From Leptogorgia sarmentosa (lineage: Eukaryota), in the NCBI GenBank assembly GCA_964658305.1, contig OZ210885.1, forward strand, positions 1,922,001 through 1,986,000: a stretch of 64,000 nucleotides of DNA, written 5' to 3'. How positions within the stretch are numbered: position 1 is the stretch's first letter; each line of letters begins with the position of its first letter. The notes below the pieces were generated by a model. The model had not been told where the DNA came from. It did no database searches and worked only from the letters and a program-made list of their open reading frames with translations. The translations under genes and the position numbers were made by a program. Shown here in pieces: positions 1-13,899 of this stretch.

Positions 1-560
1 GATATAGCTATATACCGCGGGTGTTCGCGAAACTAGCCTCTAGTCGATTGTACAATAAATATTATTGTTTGCTAGAACTCAAAAACCTACACGACATACG
101 TACACTCGTAATGTAAGTCAACCTAGTCGGGATGTTTCATTAATTTGGGGTACAAAGGGAACAGTCTATTATTAGTAAGAAACAGATATTATGCAAAAAG
201 AGGATGTATAACTTGACCTGTTAACCCTCTTTCAGCAAAAATATTTTTCAGCATTTATTTCAAGGGCCCTTTTGTGCCTACAAATGCTATCAATTGCACT
301 GCATTTTGAAAGGGCCGTTCTGCAAGTAATTTGAACCTGGCGCAATGACTTTTATTTAGTGCCGAACTCATGAGTTGTGTGAAAAAAGTAAGCATGAAAG
401 CTTGACAGAAATTGCTATAATAATTGACCTGCATGTTAATTAGCTTTTTGATTATTTCGTACAAACCACTGGGAATATAGCGACACGTTGAAATAGAATG
501 TGATACAAAATTATGGATGGTAGAACATGTAACAAATTTAGAGGGTGCATTGTAAAGGAT

Positions 561-899
561 CAGTGGCGGCGGAACAGGGGGGGCTAGGGGGCTAGGGGGC
601 TAAAAGCCCCCCCAGAAGTAAAAGTGGGGGGGCTTAGCCCCCCCAAAAATACATAAAGAATGTCAGAATGCGAGACACTGAGTCATGAGATGATCAAATA
701 ATCTACACTCTACAGTATGCACTATGCACAATTGCATATCATGATACCGTATTTTTGTAGATTTTGAACAATTTTTCAAAGTAGGAGACATCACTACAGT
801 GACTAGACGCCATGCCGTTTGTGTTTCCACCTAGACAAAAACTACGATAAACTTTTTAAAATTTACCCCCCCAAAATAGAATATGTTCCGCCGCCCCTG
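561..899. mobile_element. hAT-like MITE
   Basis: TIRs cagtggcggcggaac / gttccgccgcccctg. 8-bp TSD taaaggat at 553-560 and 900-907. Empty site in the duplicated copy near 3239. Confidence 0.9.
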
Positions 900-1202
900 T
901 AAAGGATTTTTTTGTGAGCTTTGAAAGGGGCAGTATAATTGCTGTTGTTATCGAGATGTGAAATGACTAAATTTTTTTGCCGTGAAACATGATTTTGAAT
1001 TGCCGCCGTGAGCCGTGATTGTCTATAAAAACGCTCCGTGAAACGAGAATTAAGCTGTCCTCATCGTGAATTATGATTTTGTCTCGCTTAGTTTGTCTAT
1101 TTTACAATATACAGGTGATTATTTTCGAAAAGTTCCACGATGTAAAAATCTGCCTATTTCTCGTAACCTATATCAATTTATCTCAATATGTAATTGATCT
1201 CA

Positions 1203-2112
1203 TTGCTGCCGAGCGTAGCGAGGCAGCACACTATTCTTGACACGCGGTGGTTTCCCCAGAGTCTACTCGACCCAGTCTTTCGCGCGAGTTATGTATTGTC
1301 GAGATCGAGATCTTGTGTCTGTCTGTCCATAAAGATGTTTGTCGTATCCGGGGGCATAATTAAGCTTCAGGGACGTTTGTTAAAAGAGGGGAGCGGTCAG
1401 AATAATTAAGCTTGAAGTACGTAAACAAGATATTGTATTGCGCACGCGGCACGCATCTTCATGTGCTTCAAGAATCGAAAGATTTTTACAAAAGCGTTTC
1501 ATACGGATGCAAGATTGTGCTAATGTTTTATGCGTTGTGGTTGGGTAATTTGGTATTTATGGCGATCACACATCAATGATGCAAGCAATGTTCAGAATGC
1601 TAGCCCTAATAGACTGTTAGGGTTAGTGTTTACTATGCTATTACTAATAGTATAGTAAACACCAACCCTAACAGTAAACCTTTACCCTAACTGGCGTGCT
1701 GTTGCTTTTCAAAGAACGGGACATAAACACAATATGCGCACTGAATCGCATTTTTAATTATTATGTTGAGCTTGCGATTAAATAACGAGATATAAACGTG
1801 GTAAACTTAATCGGTAATAATTTTCACTTCGTATGATTGTACACGAAGAACGAAGGCTGCCACACGCTGCTTTCTGAATAATCGGGCATATCAATTTCAC
1901 ACTTCGTGTCATCGTATTACGAAAAAATGTATCTTGCCCAGGCTTTTCAAAAACTCGGATACATTACATTACGTGATTATTTTGACTTCGTATCATCGTA
2001 TCATGATAACAAGTCACTGTTTCAAAAGTGGACAGGTATTCTATAACCCAGCCGGGATTTTAAAGTTTGAGCGCAACGGCAGCACATTTCCTTGCGATAG
2101 TAACTCCTAGTT
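1203..2112 (+). mobile_element. Putative Helentron/Helitron-associated non-autonomous element
   Basis: 5' hairpin tgctgcc..ggcagca, a short (gtct)n tract near 1316, a subterminal inverted copy cggcagca near 2077, and a ctag+tt end. Confidence 0.4.
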
Positions 2113-4499
2113 ATAGTATTATTGCGATGTGTGACATTCGATAATTATAATAGATTACACGCTCTAATTCGAAAATTCCGAATAAATCCGATTACAATAT
2201 TACAAATCGGGAACGCGTTCCAAGTATAGCACTAGATATACTTCTAACTGACTCGCACGCTTGCTTCGGTAGCGAATGTATTCGTGTAAACATTTAAATA
2301 CATTCATGTAGGCCATGTAAACCTACCTTGGGTTACGGGACCATTTAATCACTAATCTCCCTCAAGCCATGCTATTACTTATAATAAACCTAGTCGGGAT
2401 GTTTCATTTAGGGTACGAAAGGAACAGTCTATTATTAGTAAGAAACAGATAATATGCAAAAATAGGATGTAGCTTGACCTGTTAACCCTCTTTCAGCATA
2501 AATATTCTTCAGCATTTATTTCAAGGGCCCTGTGAAAAAAGCAAGTTATGTACATCTCATGCTCTTAACAAAGGTCTCAATATCCTATAATTGGCTTACG
2601 AAAATTCCGTATCTTATCTTGCTAATTTCACAATGAAAACGGCGAACAGTGTACAGAATATATCACCCAATGAATATATGACAAATTTTAATTTAGTGCG
2701 GGCTCTAATAATTGGTCATTTTCTGATGAAAAGGTTTTAAACGAATGGGATATTGATCAAATATAGGACTTAAAATAATATTATAATTGTTGTTAATTAA
2801 AAACAAATGGAAATAGTTCTTATATTACCGACGCAATTAAACTCAGAATTTTAGCAAACTTAAAAAAGGGGATGCTTCATTTGGGGTACAAAATGAACAA
2901 TGTATTATTAGTAAGAAACAGATATTATGCAAAAACAGGATATAGCTTGACCTGTTAACCCTCTTTCAGCCAATTGAAAAATTTTTCAGCATTATTTAAT
3001 TTCAAGGGCCCTTTTGTGCCTACAAATGCTATCAATGCACTGCATTTTGAAAGGGCCTGTCTGCAAGTAATTTGAACCTGGCGCAATGACTTTTATTTAA
3101 TGCCGAACTCACGAGTTGTGTGAAAAAAGCAAGCATGAAAGCTTGAAAGAATTGCTATGATAATGGACTTGTTAATGAGCTTTACGTGATACAAAATTAT
3201 GGATAGTAGAACATGTAACAAATTTAGAGGGTGCATGGTAAAGGATATTTTTGTGAGCTTTGAAAGGGCAGAATTGCTGTTGTGATCCAAATGTGAAATT
3301 ACTAAATTTTTTTGTCGTGAAACATGATTTCAATTGCCGCCGTGAGCCGTGATTATCTATAAAAGCGCTCCGTGAACCGAGAATTCCGCTGTCCTCGTCG
3401 TGAATTGTGATTTTGTCTCGCCGCTTAGTTTGTCTATTTTACAATCAGGAGAGCAACGCTTCGAAGTTCGAATGTAAATTTCACATACTCTAGTTATCAA
3501 TGTGCTAACAATTCAATAAATAATCGTGTTATCATTTTATCATCATTGTTATAATTTCAGTTTTCGTGAAACATGAAATCGCATTTTTGATGCACGGAAA
3601 TCACGAAATGACTGTGGTTTTCTCTGTGAAACGTCATTCATACCCCTCCCCCTTTACCACCCTCAATTTACAGATCACCATGCACGGCCGTAATATTTTT
3701 AAGGCACCATCGGTATTCTACAAGACTATAATCCACAGTGGGTATTGTATTATCCAATACATGTCTAAGTAGGAAATAATAGAGTGTTGAATGATATCAT
3801 TATTTTTAATGTATCACTCCGAAACACTTTATGAAAAGTGAAATGTTGAAGTATTTGAATGTAATGCGAGTCACGTGGGAGCAGTCAAGGTCATTCACGT
3901 TCCTGCAAATAATGTCATCCGATTGATCCTTAAAAAATTTCCAATTTTAATTGACTTGTTTTGACTCCAAACAATTGGTTGCAATGGCGTGGATTTATGA
4001 CGAAATTAGATCCATTAAAAACATTTCAAGAGTTTGATATATAATTATCTCGATAGAAATTACAGTTCAATTTTAGTCGCTGCAACCACTCAGACAATGA
4101 GAAAATCTTATACAAGTTGTTCACTTGCCCGTCATTCGGGTGAAAAGTCGCGTGTTTGCAACAAGCAATTACACGTTATTCTCGTTCAGGCTTGATCGTT
4201 CAATTTGAGAATTGTTGTCAATATCTATTAAATTAATTTAATTAATGTTACAAAATTTAATAATTGTTCAATTTTGAGCACGTTCACAGCAACACTAATG
4301 CATCACGCACGTGAATTCCAAGAAGCATGGTACAGCACAGACGGTAACACAATTAATCGACATAATTATTGACATTCATACAATCTACTTACAACTGTAG
4401 ACAAAACGTAGGAAGTCTGCTAATGATGTTAATATGACTAATATTTAATAATATGTCCGAATCACTATGAGCGTTGCACACCAAACCAAACCATCATCA

Positions 4500-5110
4500 A
4501 ACCCATCAAACCCATTCAAAACTAGATTCGCTAACCAGAAAACGTCATTCACCAACGTAAAAAAGAAGCACGCTACCGAACTTAGTAACTACATCTGGCA
4601 ACTTAAAGACAAAAATGTTAATTTTCAAATCAAGTGGAAATTATAAAACAAGCAAGCCCCTACAGCAACACCTCTAATAGATGCAACTTATGTTTGTGGG
4701 AAAAATACTTCATCATCTGCCACCCGTCATCAGCTACTTTGAACAAGCGAAACGAACTGGTATCATCTTGCAGACACGCTAATAAATTTTTACTCAGGAA
4801 TTTTGTAACATGATTTACATTTCAACACGCGCTTAAACTAATCCCTGATTTAATGATAACTCGTTTAATGCATACTAATGCCATACCTAACAACCACTTG
4901 CATTTATATTTAGTACAAGCTATCACCTTTCGTAACTATAAACGGTTGAAAATTTGAACTGACGAATAAGAGCGCAGAGTTAGTGTTGACTTTTGTATAA
5001 AAATCCCTTGTAAATATATAACTTAGTCATTATAGACAATTTTATCTGAAGAGTACCACACGTTACGTGTGGCACGAAACTAAATAGTAATAAAATGTCT
5101 TGTCTTGACT
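4500..5110 (+). mobile_element. Penelope-like element 3' fragment (GIY-YIG C-terminus plus tail)
   Basis: Translates with one frameshift to [55 protein letters not shown], homologous to the 6001-6435 ORF. It is followed by a hammerhead motif. Confidence 0.85.
5034..5100 (+). ncRNA. Type I hammerhead ribozyme in the Penelope tail
   Basis: Core ctgaaga and gaaac. Stem II gtaccacacg/cgtgtggcac; short stem III act-aaat-agt with a GUA site at 5087-5089; stem I agacaattttat / ataaaatgtct. Confidence 0.8.
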
Positions 5111-5348
5111 GTTGAATCTTTGAACTTCAATTAATTATGATATGCTCTGGTCATCCATTGAGCACTCTACCAACGGTTATTACTACATTATCCATTGTAT
5201 ATATATATTTCACTTCGGTATCAAATTTCACAAATTAATTAATGAGCTCTTTCCAGCTATGATGATGCATGAATTTTCCTAATTCGAAAGTTCGTCAAGA
5301 AGGGGAAAGGTCCAATGCACCATGCATGCATGTAACACATTTGCAAAT

Positions 5349-8300
5349 CTAAGATCGTTGACAGAGATAATGTCGTTGGTGGCCACAAGGAAGGTCATTC
5401 CACTTTCCTTTTTTTAGCATCTCAACGCAGTCTTCGTTGTTATTGGCGTTATTTGGTTCTCCGTCATTCCAATTTTTGTAAGACAAATCAAGGTCTTCCA
5501 CAGTGTAAAAGTTGTTTTCCCCATTTCCGTCCTTCCTATGTAATCCAATCCATACATTCTGATTCTTTGTGAGCTTGTTGATTGCTTGATTATTTTCGGA
5601 ACTTGTTGGTACCACTAAGCTGGCATGAAGGTTCTTACACTCATTTCTGGCTTGAGACCAGGTTGCCTTATTTTCACTGATATGGTAGCAACGATCACTA
5701 ATTTTTTCCCAGTCATTGTCAGGGCATTTTTTCTCTGTATAAAATAATCATGTTGATATGTTGAGGCAACGTTACTACATTACCTTCTAACGAACGAAAA
5801 CAAATAATTTCTCATATCTACATAATTACATATATATGTATAATTAAATTGTAACATAATCGCTTGAAGATCGTCTTGCAACGACGTGAAACTCGAAGTA
5901 CCGCGATAGTAAAATTGATTAATAATATCCATTATGTAGAATATATATTATATATCTTGCTGCTTATAAGTGTTTTGAGTCGGAAACGTGGACATGGGCG
6001 TCAAACAATGCATGCATTCCTTGATTTCCTTCCATTGTTTAGGTTGTTTACTAGGTATTTCTTTTTATGATTACATGTCGAAACTATTTCCGATTTTTTG
6101 TTTAGTAAATTTTGTTTGTTTTTATCTTTCAAAATACAGAGCTTTTCTTCTAAACATAAATTGCATCTTTTTGTTCCTCCCGTATACGAAATACAATGCT
6201 TAACTATAGACCAAGTAATGTCGAAATCTTTGTTATTATCTTTTAGTCCCCAAATATATTTCGAAAGTTCTGTTTCGTTTGAGTACCTTTTGTGGTTAAA
6301 TGATTTAATATGGTTTCTATATCGCTCTTTAAATGTACTTGCCGTCATGCCTATGTAATGTTTTGTGCTGTTTGTGCAGGTGACAGTGTCTTGTAAACTA
6401 TGTCTTTGGTCATGCATTTTTCCTGAAGCGGGCATGTGTTCTTGTCTCTACAAGTGCATAGGTCTGTGGCCTCGCACTGTGGCTTACTTTTCCTAATCAT
6501 ACGTGTGTTGTGCCTAGAAATTATAGACTTGACATTGTTCATGCAACTGTAACTGACATTGACTGTGTTCCTATATAAAATCTTGTGTAGCTTGTGGTGA
6601 GGTGGAAATGTATGTCTAATAAGCCCAGGAAATCACGTGCGATGTGTGTCTTGACACTCTTGCTGAAAGGGGGATTAAACCAAATGATGTTGCGTTGCCT
6701 ATTTCTGCGTGTTTGTGGTTTTTGATTCATGTATTCAAGCTTGTGGTCGAAATTGCTGTGCCTTAGTGCGTTTTGGTAAGCAGGAGCACTTTCATGGAAG
6801 TGTGCTCATCTGATGAGAGTGTCGAAATGCGCTTGTTGATCGATGTGGGGAGTTGTCTTATGATGCTTGGTGGGTGGTTGGAATGTTTGTTTATGTATAG
6901 TGGATCGTCATTAGGCTTTCTATAGGGCTTAAATTTTCCATTGTTAAGATCGAAAGTGACATCTAACTGATCTAAGAAATTTACTACATGCAAATTTGTC
7001 TCTGCTGTTATTTTTAAACCAAAATTGTCGAAACATTTGTGGAGTTCTTTCCTGGTTTTATCTGCCAAACGTGCTGATTTGTCTTTCATGATAGCCAATC
7101 CATCATCTCTGTATAAACCGATGTTTTCTTAGCCAAATTTTTCCCCTAGATCGTTTAATATGAAAAAGCCTACAAGTTCACAAATTTCAGCTCCGTCGTA
7201 ACTACCCATGGTTACGTCAAATAAGCTGTTGCTGTCTTTTTTTATCCAAGGTTTTCCGTCATTGAAAAGCAGTGATTTCCTAGCGTGTTTTATTATTGAA
7301 ATGTCATCCTTTGATATGTGAGCCAAATTGGAAGCCCAAGATAATGCTTGGTCCAGAAAATTTTCTGATATCGATGGGTAGAAATCAACTATGTCAAACG
7401 AAATGAAAGTGTGCCTATGTTTTTCTTTGATGTTGCCAAACCACTCTATGACGTTTTGGGTGTTTTGCCATTGGTTTAGGTTCAAAATTTTCCTCAAATT
7501 GGGATTGATTTTGTCAAGGATGATTTACTTAGTTTTCCAGATTCGCTTTTTGCGGGATTGATTAGTCGGCATTTTGGGTTGTTTTCGAAGTTTCCTTTGT
7601 GGTCTTTTAATGAAATAAATGCTTCACGTTTTATCATCCGTTCAGTCCGGTTGCCAATTCCTAAATTCTTCGAAATGTGTTTTAGTTCGTTGTCGATTTC
7701 CGAAATTGTGCCTTCTGATCCGTGTTTGTATGTTTTTGTGATGTTGTCATGCATGAGCTTGTTATATGCGTCGAGCGATGTTTCATAAATATTTCTAGTT
7801 TTGTCAGCGAAAACGAAAATGTTCGGAGACGAATTAATTTTCTAGTTTTGTTTTTTTGGTCGAAATTGCTGTGCCTTAGTGCGTTTTGGTAAGCAGGAGC
7901 ACTTTCATGGAATGTGTGCTCATCTGAGAAAATTTCGAAATTTGTCAGCCATGTGATGATTCCTTTTGGATGAAACAGGCTGTAGTGGCACCTTTTTGAG
8001 GCAAAACTATACTATTTGCTCTATCTATATGGTATCGAGCACTCTTTTGGCATTTCGTTAACCAAAACTTTATCATATATATATATTTAGTAGAATCATA
8101 CTCGTATACTATTCCAAATGCTGCAATTTGATTGGCTACTCTACTCGCTATCTATTCCTCGATAGATAGCGAGTAGCAAAATATGTGAATTTTCGTTCAA
8201 GAAAATGTCTTTTGAGACGCGGTTTTAAATTATTTTTTGCAATATTTTCATGTTTGATCTCTGATTCTACTAAAACAATTAGTTTTAGTAGAAACGCTCT

Positions 8301-11300
8301 CGATTTCTACGAGATGATAGTTGATTCGGGCCTCGCCCTCATCAACTATCGCCTCATAGAAATCTCGAGCTCGTAATCTAATTGTTAAATATATATTTAT
8401 TATATAGACAAGCACTATATATGAGATATTCTGTAATCTGATTGGCTGAGCTACTCACTAGCTATTACTTCATATATAGTGAGTAGGACGAATTAATTAT
8501 CTCACTCTAGTAAGCTTAAAACAAAATGGCTGAAAATGGCTGAGCGTTTCCCTCAAATGAATGCATGATTTTAATAAATTTTATAATGTTCGCCTTTTGT
8601 CTATATAATAAAACAATTATACCATTCGCTGTCGTCGTATATGGCTGATCAGCTCATATACGACTCGAGCTCATGGTATAATTGTTAAATAATAATTATA
8701 ATGTATCGAAATTAGAGACATGCCGCATATTTTGTCTGCTATATACATACCTCGTTTTGTAGAACTCTGCTTCATCATGTCTGACAAACAACTTGCATTG
8801 TAGTCCTATAATATACAGACAGCAATTAATAAGATACTTTATTATATGGCTGACATAAATGGCGCACGCTGATTGGTTGATTAGCGGTCCGGAAAAAGTC
8901 ATCTTGCCCGCTCAGGAAAGTCATCTTGCCCGCTCAGGAAAGTCATCTTGCCCGCTCGTGAAACTATTATACAAATTAAATTTTTAAGGAAACTAAATCT
9001 TATTATGCCGTACGGTGACGTTGAAGAACACTCCCCGATTGAATTTTGCTGTCCCAGAAAAACACACGATCCAAAATGCTGAGTTTTAAAGTGATAATAA
9101 CGGCGAACAAAACAACAGTTCGAAAACTGTTGCGAACATTGTTTTCACAACACTTAAATGGCTTCATTTCGCGTCGAACATTTGTTGTTTATCACGACAT
9201 TTACATTATATTTTTTAATTCAATTTTTTCCTTTGTTGTATTTTTATTGTTTTGTTGTTGTACAGCAGTGAACGGCCAGAAACCGCCATTCAGTATGCCA
9301 GTGTATACGGCTGAACGTTTTAGCAGCGAAAGTGTTTTCTAGTTCTTTCTACAATGTCAGAACAAATTGCGATCGAACAAAGCCATATAATAAATCCCTT
9401 ATTAACCTCGTTTGCTCGGTCTGTACGGGAAAGTATTGCCTTCGGTTTTTAACGCACAGACCTCGCTCCTTCGTCGCTCGGTCTGTACGAAAACCCTCAG
9501 GCAATACTTTCCCGTACAGACCTCGCACTCGGTTAATAAGTCCTTAATCTAGCACATTGTTTACGTTTCGAAAAGTAATTTATTCATCAAATCAAATTTA
9601 ACGGATAAAAACAAGGATGACCATGCAGTATTTAAGAAATAATCATATCACTATTACCGCGCGCCGATTTGCTTCCGCATACGTGCAGTTACATCAAAGA
9701 AAGTTATTTAACTAATAATTATAACGAAAACTGAGGGAATAAAATTAATATTGAAGCCTATTTACTGAGAATATTAATTTGTCCAGTTTATACCTTATAA
9801 CAAATCAAACAACGATACTTTTATTCAGACACCCACGGTATCTAACATTGCATGCTCGTATAATTATACCTTTTGTGGGTTGACAAGATAAACATGTTCA
9901 TAAGAGGAATTCTTTTCTAATAGTTTTTCCGATGTGTTGTAAACAACGTTATGCAACATTTCACAATTTGGTTCATTCCCTAAGACCAATGTATTTCTGT
10001 AGTTGATTGATCTACAACATTGTTCAGAGGCACAATCCATCACGCAGTCTATCCTTTGCGAAACAAACTTCGCCAAGAGAATTTGAGCGTTCAGTCTGAA
10101 ACCTAAAAATATAGAAAGGCTTTAACAACATTAAATTTTAATATTATAGCTATATCCTATACAATCTGAATAATTTCATGCGATATAGCAGGCTATTTCT
10201 CCTACGTGAATTCTGCGGATCATATTATCTTTTCTAGCAAAAATGATAATGTAGCTATAGTGAAAAATATAATAGTTATTGTTATATAGTTGGTGTCAAA
10301 GTTCAATTTTCCTGTTTGCTGATTGGACAAAGCCGTATCACGTGCCGGTCCACAAAACGTCATGTTCGCCAACCGGTCAAAAATCAAAAAATTATTGACC
10401 GGGCAGCAATTAAATGGGCATAATGCGCATGCGCGTCAACCGTGAAGTCCAAAGTTCATTCAATCGTACGATGTTTTTTAAATTTATCGAACATTTACGG
10501 CGTAAAAGGCGTCCTATTTAATGTCTGTTTTTTTATTTCAAAGTTCGCTCCAGTATTAAACCAGTGAATTCATTCATATTTTGACACTAAACTATATAAC
10601 AAAACACTTATTTACTGAAACCTCGAGAAATATTGTGTTTTGTGGCCCCTCGACCGCCATTGTTGCCCTCGGCTTCGCCTCGGGCAACAACGGCGGTCTC
10701 GGGGCCACAAAACACAATGTTTCCCTCCGTCTCAGTAAATGAGTGATAATTATATTCCTGAAAAACATGCAGAAAATCCGACAATATTAATTTCATGATT
10801 AATTAATGTTTTAAATTTGTAAATATTCAAGTCTGATTCGCAAATGTCTGCATGTGAATTACTTTACTCAATGGGTCACATGTGCCATAAAATAATTTCT
10901 ATACCATGTCAAATTACGCACCGAGTAACGAAAGCGTTTTTTCAACGAAAATTGTTGTCATAAACATCCTTTGGGCTGCCAATGTTTAAGCGGGCTTTCA
11001 TCCGCAGGCATGTGTAATATAAGTTTTGTTTGAAATCATGCATGCAATAAACTTTCATGTTCATACATATAGCTAGCTATAATTATAGCTACTCAAAACA
11101 GGGTGGCTACCACCACGTAAAAGTTAGCCAGCATCCCATTTAGCGTGTCAAAAATGTAGCTAGCTACAAATATACAAATGTTTCTAAATGTGAAAATTTT
11201 TTAAAAAAGTACAAAAATTCTATGATTATATTCCACATATTATGAAAATAGTGTAATTCAGTAGCTACCGCATCTAAATTATCAGTTGACTTACCTTCAA

Positions 11301-11406
11301 GAGTTGAATTATAGCACAAGGTAACAATGCTAGTTGTTTGTCTTTGAAACATTTCCTCAAAGTGTATTGCCATTAAACAGAAGAACAATGTGTATTTCAA
11401 ATGCAT
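5349..11406 (-). CDS. Gene 1: leader + PAN/apple-like domain + C-type lectin domain protein (4 coding exons, ~261 aa)
   Basis: Exons 11406-11295, 10102-9870, 8805-8751 and 5734-5349 all have GT-AG boundaries and compatible phases (1,0,1), totalling 786 nt. PAN-like exon: DCVMDC..CCRSINY..NCEML. Last exon: CPDNDW..CY..TWSQARNEC..VWIGL..WNDGEPNN..EDCV..WNDLPC..YLCQ, a canonical CTLD. Confidence 0.85.
6001..7840 (-). mobile_element. Degenerate Penelope-like retroelement (reverse transcriptase + GIY-YIG endonuclease) in intron 3 of gene 1
   Basis: Consecutive frameshifted ORFs with FDIVDFYPSI, MGSYDGAEICELVG, LYRDDGL, NFLD..VTFDL, SNHPP, WFNPPFS, then IVYK..YIGMT..FKERYRNH..ELSKYIW..CNLCLEEK. 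Confidence 0.92.
8836..9545. mobile_element. Non-autonomous element: short inverted repeats followed by a long hairpin
   Basis: IR tttattatatggct (8838) / agccatataataaa (9381), then a ~140-bp hairpin cttattaacc..ggttaataag. Contains an internal 3x 21-bp repeat at about 8895-8958. Confidence 0.7.
10276..10746. mobile_element. Non-autonomous element: short inverted repeats followed by a long hairpin
   Basis: IR ttgttatatagtt.gtgtcaaa / tttgacact.aactatataacaa, then hairpin cacttatttactga..tcagtaaatgagtg (10605-10746). Confidence 0.7.
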
Positions 11407-13899
11407 CGTTACTCCACAGAAAGCCAATCCGGAATTATTTTTTTGGTAATTTAACGGCGAACGTTGAATCTCTAGAGTGAAAAATTAAAGTCTAAGATTT
11501 TACGTTTCAAATTTTACGTTTGAAAAAAGATAGCATTTTGTACACTTTTTTACAATAAAACGTGGTCTGAGTAAAAATGACCCAGAAACTTATACACTAT
11601 GGAATTACGGAAGACGTCCCTCATAAATTGGGAATTTCGCATAATTATTGAATATTGGTTGCTGGTCCTAAGCAAACTATGATAAAACTATAAACTTGAA
11701 ATATAACTCAACTGGTTTTTGATCCAGTCATGCAGGAAGATCGTCAGCGTTGGTCTGGAAAGTGTGGGGGTCATTGTGGTCATCGAGTTATGTAAACAGG
11801 AGTGCAAGTTTGGGAGAACGAGAAATGTGTGGAGAGAAAATGTTTTCTATTATTTTTTATAAAATAACAAGATGACAAAAGCGGAATAACGCAATAGAGA
11901 GAAGCAGCGGGAAATAGCTGTGTTTACATAATCTCACATCAACACGGCTGTTAGCCAATCACGCGCGCAATCTTTTTCACTTACTTCCGGTTATAGCTAC
12001 AAAGCCTAAAACATACGCACGTTTATAATTATTTACAATTGCACTTGTAACATACAAACATTTTGACAGTGTAGTCATAACGATTTCGTTTTTCTGTCAT
12101 GCCTAATGGAAAAATATCTTTCCCACGACGTACGTGTGTTTTGTGGGCGTAGAGAATCGTATGTACAACATGCTATATGGTTATCTTCAATGACATTTTT
12201 ATTTTCAATTATATTCGTTTGGATTTCTTGTTAATTACTTGTCAGTATCATTACAAACCTGACGGCTGACGCCAATACCACACGCGCAATAAAATAATAA
12301 ATATTTCTTCGCCTGGTTTAACAGCCTAAAGGACTAAACGTTCCGTGAAGCGTGTTGTTTTCTATTAATTTTTTTACATTGTGCGCCCACACATGAAGCA
12401 CGGCTACCAATCATTTTGAAACAACAAAAACACTAATATTAATCTGACCCTGACCTATTTCGGTTGCTCATATTTCGAGAAAGGGCCAAGTTTTGCTAAT
12501 ACACCCTTCGGGAAGCTTATGCTAGTAAATTCGAAAGCGGGGCTGAATTGTTAAACCTTAGTGGTACAGAAAGAAATACTCTAAATACTATAAAAAAGGT
12601 GAAATTAATGGGTTCCGCAAGTTCCGCAGTCTGCAGTTCCGCTAATTAGTCATACCCATAATTTAAAACGTTTTTAAGATCGTAGACATCAGTCTTCAAA
12701 TTATTTCTTTCTCAGGCATTAAATTATACAAGATATATTATATAGTCGTAGCTTTGTAATAATTATCAGTAAAATCATATATAGCAAATTCAAAAAGCCA
12801 TATGCACGGAAAATTAGGAAATCCATTGTTATAAGAATACACACACACAAATTAAGAGTGTTCAGTATGATATCGCGATACTGGAATTCACTGCACGCGC
12901 AGCAGTTTTACTGTAGAAAGATAGATGTGTTCAATTTTCAATTGTCATGCTGCATGCTTCGATCGCAAAATGTTCAAATTCGCACAAGCATGCAAGAACT
13001 GTATGACAGTAACATGATCACATAATTATTTTATATAATTATATTATATATATACATGCAATATTTTCTTAACATGTCAGGAAGTCTTCACATCTAGTAA
13101 AGCAACCAAATTAAGGTGAAAATAGCACGATTAACTCACCAAAATTTCAACTGCACGGTTAATTGTTGTGTCCAGTCTGGTGCAGGTGGTGTATTGAGAA
13201 TGAATATGCCTTATGGACCGCGTCCCCAATACATTTAAGAGCAAAACAAATAAGTATGCGTGTTTGCTTCCTACTATATTATATACTTACGAATATTCAA
13301 AATCTTGCATGGATCAATCAATCAATATGCATTCTATCAAATTAATAGTTTCACAAATTTTCAAATTTTTTAACAATGCCACGTGCATTTAAAAATGCAA
13401 CGAGCCAATAATTATAATAAGAAATGTCAGCGGTTTAATTCATTTTTGTTGTACGTAGTTCATTTTATATTATTGTAATAATTTTTAAAACAGTTATGGT
13501 GCATGTTCATGTCTCATTAGTGCATTCAATAAAGCGCCAAAATATTTTGCTTTTTTGTAGTGCTTTTGAAAACCAGAACAAACATATAACTACGCGCAAT
13601 TCTAATAATCCATGCAGTGTGGTTTCAAAGGATAAAAATAAAATGTGCCTTTTCAGCTAGTATCCACAAGGTTCAAAAAAGTATGTATTTTCTTACGGTA
13701 TTCAAGCAAATTTGCGTTATGGCATTTGCATGCAAAGTGGCGAACTTCATTGGTCAAGAGCAGGTATTAATATTCCCGATTGAACGCACACGGATATTCT
13801 CTCACTGCACCAACACATCATTGGTTGCGCCAATTGCGCCACAGCATTGACATCACACGAACCATGCAATTGTCACTTTTCCACTTCTGTGTTTCATAA

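Larger units (their letters stand above)
120..3445. repeat. Local triplicated segment (about 120-1108, 2388-2560 partial, 2875-3445)
   Basis: Shared sequence such as attagtaagaaacagatattatgcaaaa, cttgacctgttaaccctctttcagc and ttgccgccgtgagccgtgatt recurs in direct orientation. Confidence 0.85.
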
